Positions 1-9,169 of a DNA stretch of 64,000 nt are shown here, piece by piece. The stretch lies in contig CALWPF010000003.1 in NCBI GenBank assembly GCA_944383355.1, positions 4,246-68,245 on the forward strand, read 5' to 3'. The notes under the pieces are model-generated. The model was not told the origin of the DNA. It made no database searches and saw nothing but the letters and a program-made list of their open reading frames with translations. Each line of letters begins with the position of its first letter. Position 1 is the stretch's first letter. Origin of the DNA: an uncultured Clostridia bacterium. GTDB taxonomy: Bacteria > Bacillota > Clostridia > Christensenellales > UBA1242. The position numbers and the translations under genes are program-made.

Positions 1-276
1 AGTACTCAAACAAATAATACAAATGCAACCAATCAACAAACCAATAATACTGCAATAAATCAACCTAAAATTGATGGAATTGTTACTACACCAAACACTA
101 ATACTAGTGCAAACAATTCAACAGTTATAAACAGTACTCAGCAAGTAAAATCTACTACTCAGACAAACAACCCTAACATTCCTATAGATAACTCAAAAAA
201 TACTGGCATCAGCGCACAAAAAACGGTAAACTCTGCACAAAACAACTTAAATAAAACTACTTTACAAACTGCATAG
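1..276 (+). CDS. 3' end of a protein with a low-complexity Asn/Thr/Gln-rich tail (partial, starts before the window)
   Basis: Frame 1 is open from base 1 to TAG at 274-276 (STQTNNTNATNQQTNNT...NKTTLQTA*) and is followed by a terminator hairpin; not in the ORF track because no start codon lies in the window. Confidence 0.7.
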   Translation, partial: STQTNNTNATNQQTNNTAINQPKIDGIVTTPNTNTSANNSTVINSTQQVKSTTQTNNPNIPIDNSKNTGISAQKTVNSAQNNLNKTTLQTA

Positions 277-328
277 TATTGTGCATCGTATATAAAAACA
301 ACGATAATTGGTTATCTTTTATCAAAAT

Positions 329-359
329 AAAAACCTTGTAAAGATTTACAAGGCTTTTA
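329..359. terminator. Bidirectional intrinsic terminator
   Basis: CCTTGTAAA-ga-TTTACAAGG hairpin flanked by A and T tracts, between convergent genes. Confidence 0.75.
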
Positions 360-370
360 TTTATATCAAT

Positions 371-2200
371 CTATACTACTTCCTCAGACCTACCTCGCAA
401 CTTTGCACGAGCACTATGGTCCAAAACAATCTTGCGTATACGGATACTTTCTGGGGTAACCTCAAGATACTCATCATCATTCAAAAATTCTATGCAGTCC
501 TCAAGGCTAAGATTTTTGTGTGGTATCAGTCTCAGCGCATCATCACTGCTACAACTACGACAGTTTGATAAATGTTTTTTCTTACAAACATTCACAACCA
601 AATCATTCCCCTTAGGGTTTTGTCCTACCACCATTCCACCATAAACTTTTGTATTTGGGCCAATAAACAAGTCTCCCCGCTCTTGAGTGTTATATAATCC
701 GTAGGTTGTAGCTTCACCTGTTTCGAATGCTATCAAAGAACCAAATTGTCTAGTCGTAATATCGCCTTTGTAAGGTTCGTAATCATAAAACACACTAGAC
801 AATACGCCCTCACCTCGTGTATCTGTCAAAAACTCTGACTTGAACCCAAATAAACCTCTGGTAGGAATATAAAACTCCATTTTTACTCTAGAATTGTGAG
901 GCGTCATTTGTATCAACTCTGCCTTGCGAATTCCCATTTTGCCCATAACCGTTCCCATACTATCCTCTGGAACATCTAATACTAATTTGTCTACCGGCTC
1001 ACATTTTTGACCATCAATATCACGGAATAATACTCTTGGCTTGCTAACCTGGAACTCATAGCCATCTCTACGCATATTCTCTATGAGTATAGACAAATGC
1101 ATCTCACCTCTACCACAGACACGAAAAGCATCAGCACTGTCAGTATCACTAACCTCCAAAGACAAATCTTTTACAGCCTCTTTGTATAGACGGTCACGCA
1201 AATGTCTACTGGTAACAAATTTACCCTCTTTACCTGCAAATGGACTGTTGTTTACCAAAAATGTCATCTCCACACTAGGCTTTTCGATAGAGACAAACTC
1301 TATTGGCTGAGTATCAAGTGGGCTACAAAATGTATCACCTATACTGCCCTCCTCTATGCCAGCAATACAAACAATATCACCAACCATACCAACATCAATC
1401 GGTACACGATTCAAACCAGAATAAGCAAATAATTGCACTATTTTGCCACGAATATTTTTAGGCTCATGATAATTAGTTACCACTATACTATCACCAACTT
1501 TGCAAGAACCTTGCGAAATTTTACCAATAGCTAATCTACCGACAAAATCATTATGCTCAGCACTACTAACCAACATCTTGAATGGTAAATTCTCATCGCC
1601 ACTAGGAGCAGGTATGTGAGATAAAATTGTCTCAAATAATGGCACCATATCACTACCCTCGATGTCAGGGCTCAAACTACTAATACCCTTGCGTGCAGAA
1701 CAATAAACAAATGGAGAATCTAATTGCTCATCACTCGCATCAAGGTCCATAAACAATTCTAAAACCTCATCTCTGACCTCATTTAGTCTAGCGTCTGGAC
1801 GATCAATTTTGTTGATAACTACTACTACTTTTAAATTAAGATTAAGTGCTTTTTGTAACACGAATCTTGTCTGAGGCATAGGTCCCTCAAAGGCATCTAC
1901 TACTAGTAATACACCGTCTACCATCTTTAGTATACGCTCTACTTCACCACCAAAATCTGCATGACCAGGAGTATCAACTACATTAATCTTTACATCTTTG
2001 TACATACAACTAGCGTTTTTAGATAAAATAGTTATTCCACGTTCACGCTCAATATCATTAGAGTCCATTACTCTATCGGCAACTACCTGATTTTGGTGAA
2101 ACACATGACCTTGTTTTAACAACTCATTTACCAAACTAGTCTTACCATGATCAACATGTGCTATTATTGCTATATTTCTTAACTTTTCATTAACCATCAT
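371..2200 (-). CDS. typA: Translational GTPase TypA/BipA
   Basis: RNIAIIAHVDHGKT, ERERGITI, DTPGHADFGGEVER, GRGEMHLSILIE and C-terminal EVTPESIRIRK; start moved to the ATG after the AAGGTG RBS. Confidence 0.97.
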   Translation of the reverse strand: MMVNEKLRNIAIIAHVDHGKTSLVNELLKQGHVFHQNQVVADRVMDSNDIERERGITILSKNASCMYKDVKINVVDTPGHADFGGEVERILKMVDGVLLVVDAFEGPMPQTRFVLQKALNLNLKVVVVINKIDRPDARLNEVRDEVLELFMDLDASDEQLDSPFVYCSARKGISSLSPDIEGSDMVPLFETILSHIPAPSGDENLPFKMLVSSAEHNDFVGRLAIGKISQGSCKVGDSIVVTNYHEPKNIRGKIVQLFAYSGLNRVPIDVGMVGDIVCIAGIEEGSIGDTFCSPLDTQPIEFVSIEKPSVEMTFLVNNSPFAGKEGKFVTSRHLRDRLYKEAVKDLSLEVSDTDSADAFRVCGRGEMHLSILIENMRRDGYEFQVSKPRVLFRDIDGQKCEPVDKLVLDVPEDSMGTVMGKMGIRKAELIQMTPHNSRVKMEFYIPTRGLFGFKSEFLTDTRGEGVLSSVFYDYEPYKGDITTRQFGSLIAFETGEATTYGLYNTQERGDLFIGPNTKVYGGMVVGQNPKGNDLVVNVCKKKHLSNCRSCSSDDALRLIPHKNLSLEDCIEFLNDDEYLEVTPESIRIRKIVLDHSARAKLRGRSEEVV

Positions 2201-2566
2201 TATCACCTTAATTTTGCTTTTTGTATCAACGAATTGGAGATTGACTTAAAAATAAAAAAACTCCTTACGAAGAAAGATTGTTTCATTTTACCATATAGAC
2301 TAGTTTTTTTCAATAAGAATTTATAATTTTTTACCAACTTTTTATAAAATTTACAAAATCAAATACACACAAATTTTTAATAAAGAATAGATTAATAATA
2401 AGAAATCATTTGTAAAACAAAATCTTTATAACCCATGACTATATAGTAAATAATTTAACATTTATAGGATAAATAAAAATTGTACAATGACAAAAAACAA
2501 GAAATGCTAAATGCAAAAAATCGCTTAATACTTTTTTTAAAAATGTCAAAAAAAACATTTTTTCTC

Positions 2567-2595
2567 TTGACACTGACTAGCGTGTATGGTAAAAT
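2567..2595 (+). promoter_or_regulatory. SigA-type promoter of the tRNA cluster
   Basis: TTGACA-17 bp-TAAAAT with an extended TG. Confidence 0.8.
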
Positions 2596-2676
2596 GAACA
2601 AGTATATTCAAAACGACAAAGTTGCATGGCATTCTCGTTTTGGAGCGCATTGGAGCGCATATATCACCTTGACTAT

Positions 2677-2750
2677 GCGGGTGTAGCTCAATGGTAGAGC
2701 CCTAGCCTTCCAAGCTAGTTACGAGGGTCCGATTCCCTTCACCCGCTCCA
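2677..2750 (+). tRNA. tRNA-Gly (TCC)
   Basis: Acceptor GCGGGTG/CACCCGC, anticodon arm CTAGC-cTTCCaa-GCTAG, encoded CCA; T-loop reads TCCGATT. Confidence 0.95.
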
Positions 2751-2924
2751 TTGGGTAAGATAGCCAACGCTAAATTACTCTAATCAAAATATTGGTAAAA
2801 TATTCTTGTGCTAGATTGGATTTTGCTAGCAGGTATTGGACTGCTACTACCCGAGAGGCAAATATATACTTGAGATAAATTCTTTGGTATATTTACTGGG
2901 GGACTGTACTGTTGCAAAATATTT

Positions 2925-3001
2925 GCGTCTGTAGCGCAACAGGATAGAGCAACGCCCTTCTAAGGCGTAGGTTGGGGGTTCGATTCCCTCCAGACGCACC
3001 A
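2925..3001 (+). tRNA. tRNA-Arg (TCT)
   Basis: Anticodon arm ACGCC-ctTCTaa-GGCGT, GGTTCGATT, CCA end. Confidence 0.96.
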
Positions 3002-3004
3002 TAT

Positions 3005-3081
3005 GGTGGATATAGCTTAGTTGGTAGAGCGCCAGGTTGTGGCCCTGGAGGTCGTGAGTTCGAGTCTCACTATTCACCCCA
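3005..3081 (+). tRNA. tRNA-His (GTG)
   Basis: Encoded G-1, anticodon arm CCAGG-ttGTGgc-CCTGG, GTTCGAGT, CCCA end. Confidence 0.96.
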
Positions 3082-3138
3082 TTATCTTCAAAATATTGGA
3101 TTTTGATAACAAAAGCACTCCATTGTGAGTGCGAACGT

Positions 3139-3213
3139 AGGGGTGTCGCCAAGCGGTAAGGCACTTGACTCTGACTCAAGCATTCGAGGGTTCAAATCCT
3201 TCCACCCCTGCCA
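3139..3213 (+). tRNA. tRNA-Gln (CTG)
   Basis: Anticodon arm CTTGA-ctCTGac-TCAAG, GGTTCAAAT, GCCA end. Confidence 0.96.
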
Positions 3214-3252
3214 TATAGTATTATTAGCATCTCTTTTGTACTACTCTATCAT

Positions 3253-3327
3253 AGGGGTGTAGCCAAGCGGTAAGGCACTAGACTTTGACTCTAGCATGCG
3301 TAGGTTCAAATCCTGCCACCCCTGCCA
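3253..3327 (+). tRNA. tRNA-Gln (TTG)
   Basis: Anticodon arm CTAGA-ctTTGac-TCTAG, GGTTCAAAT, GCCA end. Confidence 0.96.
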
Positions 3328-3386
3328 TTGCGGTATAGACCGCATAAAGCAAAGTACTGCTAAAATACTTTTGTTGACAAAAAGGA

Positions 3387-3415
3387 TTGACTTTTTACAA
3401 ACAATTTTTTACAAT
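3387..3415 (+). promoter_or_regulatory. Internal SigA-type promoter for tRNA-Lys/tRNA-Leu
   Basis: TTGACT-17 bp-TACAAT about 35 nt upstream of tRNA-Lys. Confidence 0.65.
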
Positions 3416-3450
3416 ACTTTGGTATTCTTGTATTACAATATGCTAGATAT

Positions 3451-3526
3451 GACCCATTAGCTCAGTAGGTAGAGCACTTGACTTTTAATCAAGTTGTCCC
3501 GCGTTCGAGTCGCGGATGGGTCACCA
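3451..3526 (+). tRNA. tRNA-Lys (TTT)
   Basis: Anticodon arm CTTGA-ctTTTaa-TCAAG, GTTCGAGT, ACCA end. Confidence 0.96.
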
Positions 3527-3528
3527 AT

Positions 3529-3611
3529 GCGGTTGTGGCGGAATTGGCAGACGCGCTAGATTTAGGTTCTAGTGGGAAACCATGGGGGTTCAAGTCCCTT
3601 CAACCGCACCA
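3529..3611 (+). tRNA. tRNA-Leu (TAG)
   Basis: Anticodon arm CTAGA-ttTAGgt-TCTAG, long variable arm, ACCA end. Confidence 0.96.
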
Positions 3612-3618
3612 AAACCAG

Positions 3619-3655
3619 AGAAAAGCCCTGTCGTGTGACGGGACTTTTCTTTTTT
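3619..3655 (+). terminator. Intrinsic terminator of the tRNA cluster (probably bidirectional with coaD)
   Basis: AGAAAAG-CCCTGTC-gtgt-GACGGG-aCTTTTCT followed by a T run. Confidence 0.8.
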
Positions 3656-3718
3656 GATTATTCATAATAAAATTATTAATACAACTGCATAAAAATCGTA
3701 GCTTAAAAATTACTGTGG

Positions 3719-4183
3719 TTACTTTATACTCTCTAATATAGGTCCTGGAACATATTTTGATACATCTTTACCATGTTGCATTAATTCATAAACCATACTA
3801 GATGAAACAGCACCATATGAGCCTGCTCGGATGTAGATTGTATCCAAACCTGATATCTCTTCGTTGATTAACGCCAAATTCTCCTCATAATCATAATCTA
3901 TACCATTGCGTATTCCTCTAATTAAAAATTGTGCATTGTACTCTCTGGCTGTATCTATAGTCAAGCCAAAAAATTCAATCACTTCACAATTTGTCATTCC
4001 CTCTACATTCAACAATTCTTTAATTACTGTTTTCATCTTAGCACTATCGAATCGCCTACTCTTGTTGGGATTTTTGCCTATGCCGATGATAACCTTGTCA
4101 AACAATTTTGAAGCAACCCTAACAATATGCAGATGCCCTACAGTGAATGGATCAAAACTGCCAGCATAAAAACATACTCTCAT
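3719..4183 (-). CDS. coaD: Pantetheine-phosphate adenylyltransferase
   Basis: YAGSFDPFTVGH, IRGIR...DYDYE, VSSSMV motifs. Confidence 0.95.
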   Translation of the reverse strand: MRVCFYAGSFDPFTVGHLHIVRVASKLFDKVIIGIGKNPNKSRRFDSAKMKTVIKELLNVEGMTNCEVIEFFGLTIDTAREYNAQFLIRGIRNGIDYDYEENLALINEEISGLDTIYIRAGSYGAVSSSMVYELMQHGKDVSKYVPGPILESIK

Positions 4184-4192
4184 AACTACCTC

Positions 4193-5512
4193 TTATAATA
4201 AATATTTATCATTTTCTATTGCAACAAAAAGATTACAAAAAACTTTTTTTGCCTCATTATAATACTTCATCACATCTTCCTCTGGCCAAAAATGTGTCAA
4301 AATTAATTTTTTTACGCCAGAATCTCTGGCTATAGTACCCGCTTGATATGCCGTTAAATGATTGCAAATAGTAGGGAATCCATGCTCTCTCAAAAAGCTA
4401 GATTCACAAATCAGTATGTCAGCACCTTTTGAAAAATTAACCAATCTATCTCTACTGCTGTAGGAACAGTCCCCAGTATATACTAATGACTTATTGTTTA
4501 TTGTTATTTTAGTTGCATAAGTCAATACATCTGGCGAGTGATCAATCAGCAAAAATTCAAATTGGAAATTACCATATTTGTAAAAGTTATTTTCTTCTAT
4601 ATTATGTATATTCGAAAAAGACAACTTTTCCCTCGCAATATCCTCAAGAATCGCTCTAGGTTCTCTTGGCAAATATAAGTTAACAGGATTTATTAATTTC
4701 TTTTGATTTTTAAATACATACGATGTGTACATATAGTTGTAAATATCATTGTAATGGTCTCTATGCAAATGTGAAATGACTATACCCAAATTATTTAGCA
4801 AATTAAAATCAAAAAACCTATGCGACCCACTGCCACAATCTAACAACAAACATTTACCTCTATCGTTTAGTAAATATGATGGACAAGCATTACTAGGCTT
4901 TGCATACGGACTCTGTGTACCTAAAATGGTCAAAAATACACCATTTTGTATATCATCACAAACTTTTTGAATAAACTCAACTTGCATAATATCAGTATAA
5001 TCATTGTAAAAAACATAATCATACTCATCTTCATTATAGTCTAATCCAGCCTGCTCTCTTTGCATTAAGTAATCTTTTGAAATATTATCTCTTGCCAAGA
5101 GTTTTCCAAATCTCTCATCATCACTAATAGGCTTGATTAATACCCGCAAAGCTCCTCTCGCCCAAAAATCAGTAATGGGTAACATTGCCCAATCTATGAT
5201 TACATTATCTTTAAACTTTTTATGCAACTCCTGACCTATGATATCCAATGTGTACTCATCAAACAGTTTCTTGGCACTTTGATTTTGTTTACTAAAATAA
5301 ACTTGCCCCAATTTCTTTCTATCAAATTTACCATTTTCATCATAAATGCAATCACCAAATATCTGCTCAACTCTGCGCAAAACATCTAAATTTTTGTACA
5401 TATTGTGCACTATACTGTCAACATCAACATAATCATAATCCAATTTTTGTGCCAAAGCTTTGGCAATTGTAGATTTCCCACTACCTGATTTACCTGTAAT
5501 GTAAACTATCAT
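4193..5512 (-). CDS. coaE: Fusion of dephospho-CoA kinase (CoaE) and an MBL-fold metallohydrolase (RNase Z/YhfI-like)
   Basis: N-terminal ITGKSGSGKST, DVDSIVH, FDRKKLGQVYF; C-terminal LLDCGSG, SHLHRDH, YTGD, CESSF, NHLT, LTHFWP; start moved to ATG at 5512. Confidence 0.85.
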   Translation of the reverse strand: MIVYITGKSGSGKSTIAKALAQKLDYDYVDVDSIVHNMYKNLDVLRRVEQIFGDCIYDENGKFDRKKLGQVYFSKQNQSAKKLFDEYTLDIIGQELHKKFKDNVIIDWAMLPITDFWARGALRVLIKPISDDERFGKLLARDNISKDYLMQREQAGLDYNEDEYDYVFYNDYTDIMQVEFIQKVCDDIQNGVFLTILGTQSPYAKPSNACPSYLLNDRGKCLLLDCGSGSHRFFDFNLLNNLGIVISHLHRDHYNDIYNYMYTSYVFKNQKKLINPVNLYLPREPRAILEDIAREKLSFSNIHNIEENNFYKYGNFQFEFLLIDHSPDVLTYATKITINNKSLVYTGDCSYSSRDRLVNFSKGADILICESSFLREHGFPTICNHLTAYQAGTIARDSGVKKLILTHFWPEEDVMKYYNEAKKVFCNLFVAIENDKYLL

Positions 5513-5753
5513 ACTTTTCCCCAAGTAAAATTATAGCATAAATATACACCACTTGTACAATTAAATAGACAAAATTATGTCAAAGTTACTTTCCTTCTTT
5601 ATTTGCTTTTAAAAACTTGTAGACATTACTCCACCTAATAAATATTACATAACTAATATGTACCAAAAATCATGTCTAATTATTAACTATTTTTATTGTA
5701 AAAAATCTTGTTTTGTGATATATTTTAGCCACATCAATAATTAGGAGAAAATT

Positions 5754-6020
5754 ATGATACATTCTTTAGCTGGTGGTAAAATGAAAGATTTGCAAATGTG
5801 CGACCTCGCAAAGGTAGAATATACCGTAGGAACACACCAAGGTCAAATTGGTTGGTATATCAATAACATATTTGACCTCAAAATAGGTGACATCGTGATA
5901 GTACCTATAGATCATATAAATAATACCACAGCAAAAGTACTAAAGATTGAACACAATATATCTTCGCAAACCGCACCTATCTCATTAAAGAGGGCAAAAG
6001 AAATAATTAAAAAATTATGA
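5754..6020 (+). CDS. Small hypothetical protein (beta-barrel-like, LKIGDIVIVP)
   Basis: AGGAG RBS 6 nt before the ATG and an upstream SigA-like promoter; 88 aa. Confidence 0.75.
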   Translation: MIHSLAGGKMKDLQMCDLAKVEYTVGTHQGQIGWYINNIFDLKIGDIVIVPIDHINNTTAKVLKIEHNISSQTAPISLKRAKEIIKKL

Positions 6021-6148
6021 CGCTAGCACATAAATAGCATATAAGAGCGAATCTCAAAATTTACTGAAATACAAAACAAAACCTAAAAAACTTGCAAATT
6101 GATTATCATTATGATAAAATCTATTTTATATTTATCAAAAAAGGAACA

Positions 6149-6562
6149 ATGAACATGGAAGTAGAAAGGACATATATAATGCTCAAACCCGATGCTGTAC
6201 GTAGAGGTTTGATAGGAGAAATAATTAGTCGCATAGAGCGCAAAGGTTTTAAGATAGTTGATATGAAAATGTTTGAAATATCAAAAGAAGTCTTAGCCGA
6301 ACATTATGCACATATAGTAGATAGACCATTTTATCCCGAGGTGGAGGAATATATGACTAGCGGACCAGTAGTAGGTATGGTTGTAGAGGGAGAGAGCGCT
6401 ATCAAGGGAATGCGTAACTTTATGGGACCTACAAAATATCTAGATGCTCCTGCTGGTACTATTCGTGGCGACTACTCTTGTAATGATAGGGAAAATTTGA
6501 TACACGGATCTGATTCTCCTGAGACAGCAAAGGCTGAGATAAGGAGATTCTTTGGTTATTAA
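6149..6562 (+). CDS. ndk: Nucleoside diphosphate kinase
   Basis: ERTYIMLKPDAVRRGLIGEII, GTIRGDY, NLIHGSDS; start at 6149 or 6155. Confidence 0.97.
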   Translation: MNMEVERTYIMLKPDAVRRGLIGEIISRIERKGFKIVDMKMFEISKEVLAEHYAHIVDRPFYPEVEEYMTSGPVVGMVVEGESAIKGMRNFMGPTKYLDAPAGTIRGDYSCNDRENLIHGSDSPETAKAEIRRFFGY

Positions 6563-6567
6563 TACTT

Positions 6568-6599
6568 AGCATCATAGCCACGAGGTTATGATGTTTTTT
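6568..6599 (+). terminator. ndk terminator
   Basis: GCATCATAGCC-acga-GGTTATGATGT followed by a T run. Confidence 0.8.
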
Positions 6600-6797
6600 A
6601 TTTGTACTCTGCTCCCACTCTTATATTTATGCACATGACGTCTAAAATGTGGGACACAAAAATTCTGTCACAATACCGCACTATATATTTATTATCACAC
6701 TCAACCTCAATTGACTACCAAATATCAATTTGAGTATTTACAAAGCATATTAGTTATGGTATAATAAGCACATATAGATTAACCTAGGAGAAAGCAA

Positions 6798-7451
6798 ATG
6801 TTAGTATTAATCTCGGGAATATCTGGGTGTGGTAAAAGTACTATAATTAAACAAATACTAAAAGACAAGCCTGAGTATATCTTAGTCAAATCCACAACCA
6901 CTCGTCCGATGAGACTAAAGGATAATGAAAGTCAAGGGAATCCTTATCACTTCGTCAGCGAAGAAGAATTTGATAAACTAATAGCTGAGGACAAGTTTTT
7001 TGAGTGGAACACTATACACGGTAATAAATATGGAGTGACAAAGGAAATCATTGAGCTAGCAAAAGATCCTACAAAATGCGTGCTAAAGGATATAGATGTA
7101 GAAGGACAGCAAGAATATTTACAAAAGTTAAAGAATAGTGGAATAAAAGTGTTTTCTGTATATGTTTGTCTTGCGCCAGAGATTTTGGAGCAAAGACTCA
7201 TAAAACGCGGTGATGATATCGATAATATCAAATTGAGATTATCTAGAGGTCAATACGAAAACTCATTTGCATCAAACTATGACTTTGTGGTACATAATCT
7301 AGGTGCGACCGATTATGTGCGCATAGCAAGATTAACTGAATATAAAATAGAACAGATAATGAACGAGCAATGCCGTGAAATCTCATCTACAAATACAAAA
7401 ATATCAACCGCTACCCCATCACAATGTACTGCTAGCCCACTAGCTAAATAA
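6798..7451 (+). CDS. gmk: Guanylate kinase (with a roughly 25-aa C-terminal extension)
   Basis: SGISGCGKST, STTTRPMR...E..GNPYHFVSEEEF, HGNKYGV, DIDVEG, RLIKRG. Confidence 0.85.
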   Translation: MLVLISGISGCGKSTIIKQILKDKPEYILVKSTTTRPMRLKDNESQGNPYHFVSEEEFDKLIAEDKFFEWNTIHGNKYGVTKEIIELAKDPTKCVLKDIDVEGQQEYLQKLKNSGIKVFSVYVCLAPEILEQRLIKRGDDIDNIKLRLSRGQYENSFASNYDFVVHNLGATDYVRIARLTEYKIEQIMNEQCREISSTNTKISTATPSQCTASPLAK

Positions 7452-7480
7452 AAACTTCATCAATATGGTGAAGTTTTTTT
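7450..7480 (+). terminator. gmk terminator
   Basis: AAAACTTCATCA-ata-TGGTGAAGTTTT followed by a T run. Confidence 0.8.
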
Positions 7481-7674
7481 AATTTTAATCTAAAAAATTA
7501 AGAAATGTCTTGAAATTTTAATAACATCAAATGACTAAATCAGCATAAATTTAAAAAAAGTTGGTGATAAACAATCGTTTGATGCCATAATATTACAACA
7601 GCAAAATATATTGTGTCTATAGTTAGCACAATTATTTAGTTGTACTCGGTACTAAAATTGTGTATAATAACTGT

Positions 7675-8505
7675 ATGAAAAGTACAAAAAGATTTGTGGT
7701 CAGTTTATTTTTATGCTTTAGTATATTATGTCTGGCAAGTTGTGCCTCACCTACCCCACAGCACAATGTTGGGGTATGGTGGTGGGATAATAGATTAGAT
7801 GATAGCTACCTAAACTTTGCAAAAAATAATAAAGTAAATGAAATCTATTTTTATGACAGTGACTTAAATGAAAAATCTAAAAATTTTATTACCAAAGCAC
7901 TACAATTTGATATAGCAGTATATTGGTTGATTGGGAAAAAAGAATGGTTAAATGATTACCAAGGCTTGTACAATGAAATTGATAGATTGGTACAGTACAA
8001 CACAGAAAACCCTTACAGCCAATACAAAGGCGTACACCTAGATATCGAGCCACATCAATTCGATAACTTTGAAGAGAATAGGTACCAACTAATTTATAAT
8101 TTGATAGAAATTGCATATAATCTAAAACAACTATACCCTACCATTCACTTTGAATTTGATATACCATTTTGGTTGCATGACGGAATAACTTTTAATGAAG
8201 TAACTAAACCCGCATATGCACATATGATAGATATAGCTGACAGAGTAATCTTGATGAGTTACCGTGACACAGCAAAAGATGTACTAGCTGTATCAAAAGA
8301 AGAAATCGAATATGCAAAATCAACAAATAAAACATTAGTCCTGGGCGTCGAGACAGGGGAAACTAATGAAACTGACAATGTTACTTTTTTTGAGGAGGGT
8401 AAAAATTACATGTACCAACAACTAGCGATCGTAAAACAATCACTTCCCGAAAATTTTAGCATAGCATTACATCATATAAAAACATGGCAACAACTAAAAA
8501 ACTAA
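7675..8505 (+). CDS. Putative lipoprotein with a TIM-barrel glycoside-hydrolase-like fold
   Basis: Signal peptide with lipobox LASC; GVHLDIEP and DRVILMSYRD resemble GH18-like barrel motifs. Confidence 0.65.
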   Translation: MKSTKRFVVSLFLCFSILCLASCASPTPQHNVGVWWWDNRLDDSYLNFAKNNKVNEIYFYDSDLNEKSKNFITKALQFDIAVYWLIGKKEWLNDYQGLYNEIDRLVQYNTENPYSQYKGVHLDIEPHQFDNFEENRYQLIYNLIEIAYNLKQLYPTIHFEFDIPFWLHDGITFNEVTKPAYAHMIDIADRVILMSYRDTAKDVLAVSKEEIEYAKSTNKTLVLGVETGETNETDNVTFFEEGKNYMYQQLAIVKQSLPENFSIALHHIKTWQQLKN

Positions 8506-8619
8506 GTGCATAATATTAAAAAAGACAAAACTATACGCAAAATCAACTAAAATAGTACAGTAAATTAATACTATGCACATACTACCCCCACTTAACCAAA
8601 TAAAAATAAGGAGAAAATT

Positions 8620-8916
8620 ATGAGTCTAATAATAAACATATACTACACTGGGCAAGAAGGAAATGCACGAAAATTTATGGAGGAAATGATTAGTAGCGGA
8701 CTTGTCGAAAAGATAAGGAATGAAATTGGAAATGAAAAATATGAATACTTTTTACCAGTAGATGATTCCGAAACCATTTTACTAATAGACAAATGGAGAG
8801 ATAAGCAATCATTGGATAACCATCATAAATCAGAGATGATGCAAGAAATTGCAAGATTAAGAAATAAATATAAGTTACATATGCGTGTTGAGCAGTTTAC
8901 TGAGCATAAAGAATAA
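8620..8916 (+). CDS. Antibiotic biosynthesis monooxygenase (ABM/quinol monooxygenase) family protein
   Basis: IRNEIGNEKYEYF...LLIDKWRDKQSLDNHHKS pattern; AAGGAG RBS. Confidence 0.85.
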   Translation: MSLIINIYYTGQEGNARKFMEEMISSGLVEKIRNEIGNEKYEYFLPVDDSETILLIDKWRDKQSLDNHHKSEMMQEIARLRNKYKLHMRVEQFTEHKE

Positions 8917-8952
8917 ATAATTTTGTTATTATTATCATGGTAAATTATCAAT

Positions 8953-8984
8953 AAAAAAGAGGGCTCTCAAAATGAGCTCTCTTT
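8953..8984. terminator. Terminator between the ABM gene and tRNA-Gly(CCC)
   Basis: AAAGAGGGCTC-tcaaaat-GAGCTCTCTTT hairpin. Confidence 0.7.
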
Positions 8985-8989
8985 CCTAT

Positions 8990-9063
8990 TGGAGCGAGTG
9001 AGGGGAATCGAACCCCCATAATCGGCTTGGGAAGCCGGTATTCTACCACTGAACTACACTCGC
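8990..9063 (-). tRNA. tRNA-Gly (CCC)
   Basis: Reverse complement GCGAGTGTAGTTCAGTGGTAGAATACCGGCttCCCaaGCCGATTATGGGGGTTCGATTCCCCTCACTCGCTCCA. Confidence 0.95.
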
Positions 9064-9140
9064 ACGATAAAAAATAATATACCTAATATATGAATCAGCA
9101 CTTACTCAACGGACTTAGTAACTAACATAAGTGTGATTAC

Positions 9141-9169
9141 ATTATATAACATTTATCAAATTTAGACAA
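9141..9169 (-). promoter_or_regulatory. SigA-type promoter of tRNA-Gly(CCC)
   Basis: Minus strand TTGTCT-17 bp-TATAAT. Confidence 0.65.

Noticed and set aside
2480-3179. ORF-track entries 2480-2686 (+) and 2847-3179 (-)
   Set aside because: They overlap the tRNA promoter and tRNA genes; spurious translations of structural RNA
3139-3327. Near-identical tandem repeat
   Set aside because: Simply the two tRNA-Gln isoacceptors
6650-6662. TGGGACACAAAA shared with about 22541-22552
   Set aside because: Only two 12-bp copies with no flanking similarity or transposase; chance cannot be excluded
6600-9063. Genomic island integrated at tRNA-Gly(CCC)
   Set aside because: No integrase and no duplicated tRNA 3' end bounding the accessory genes
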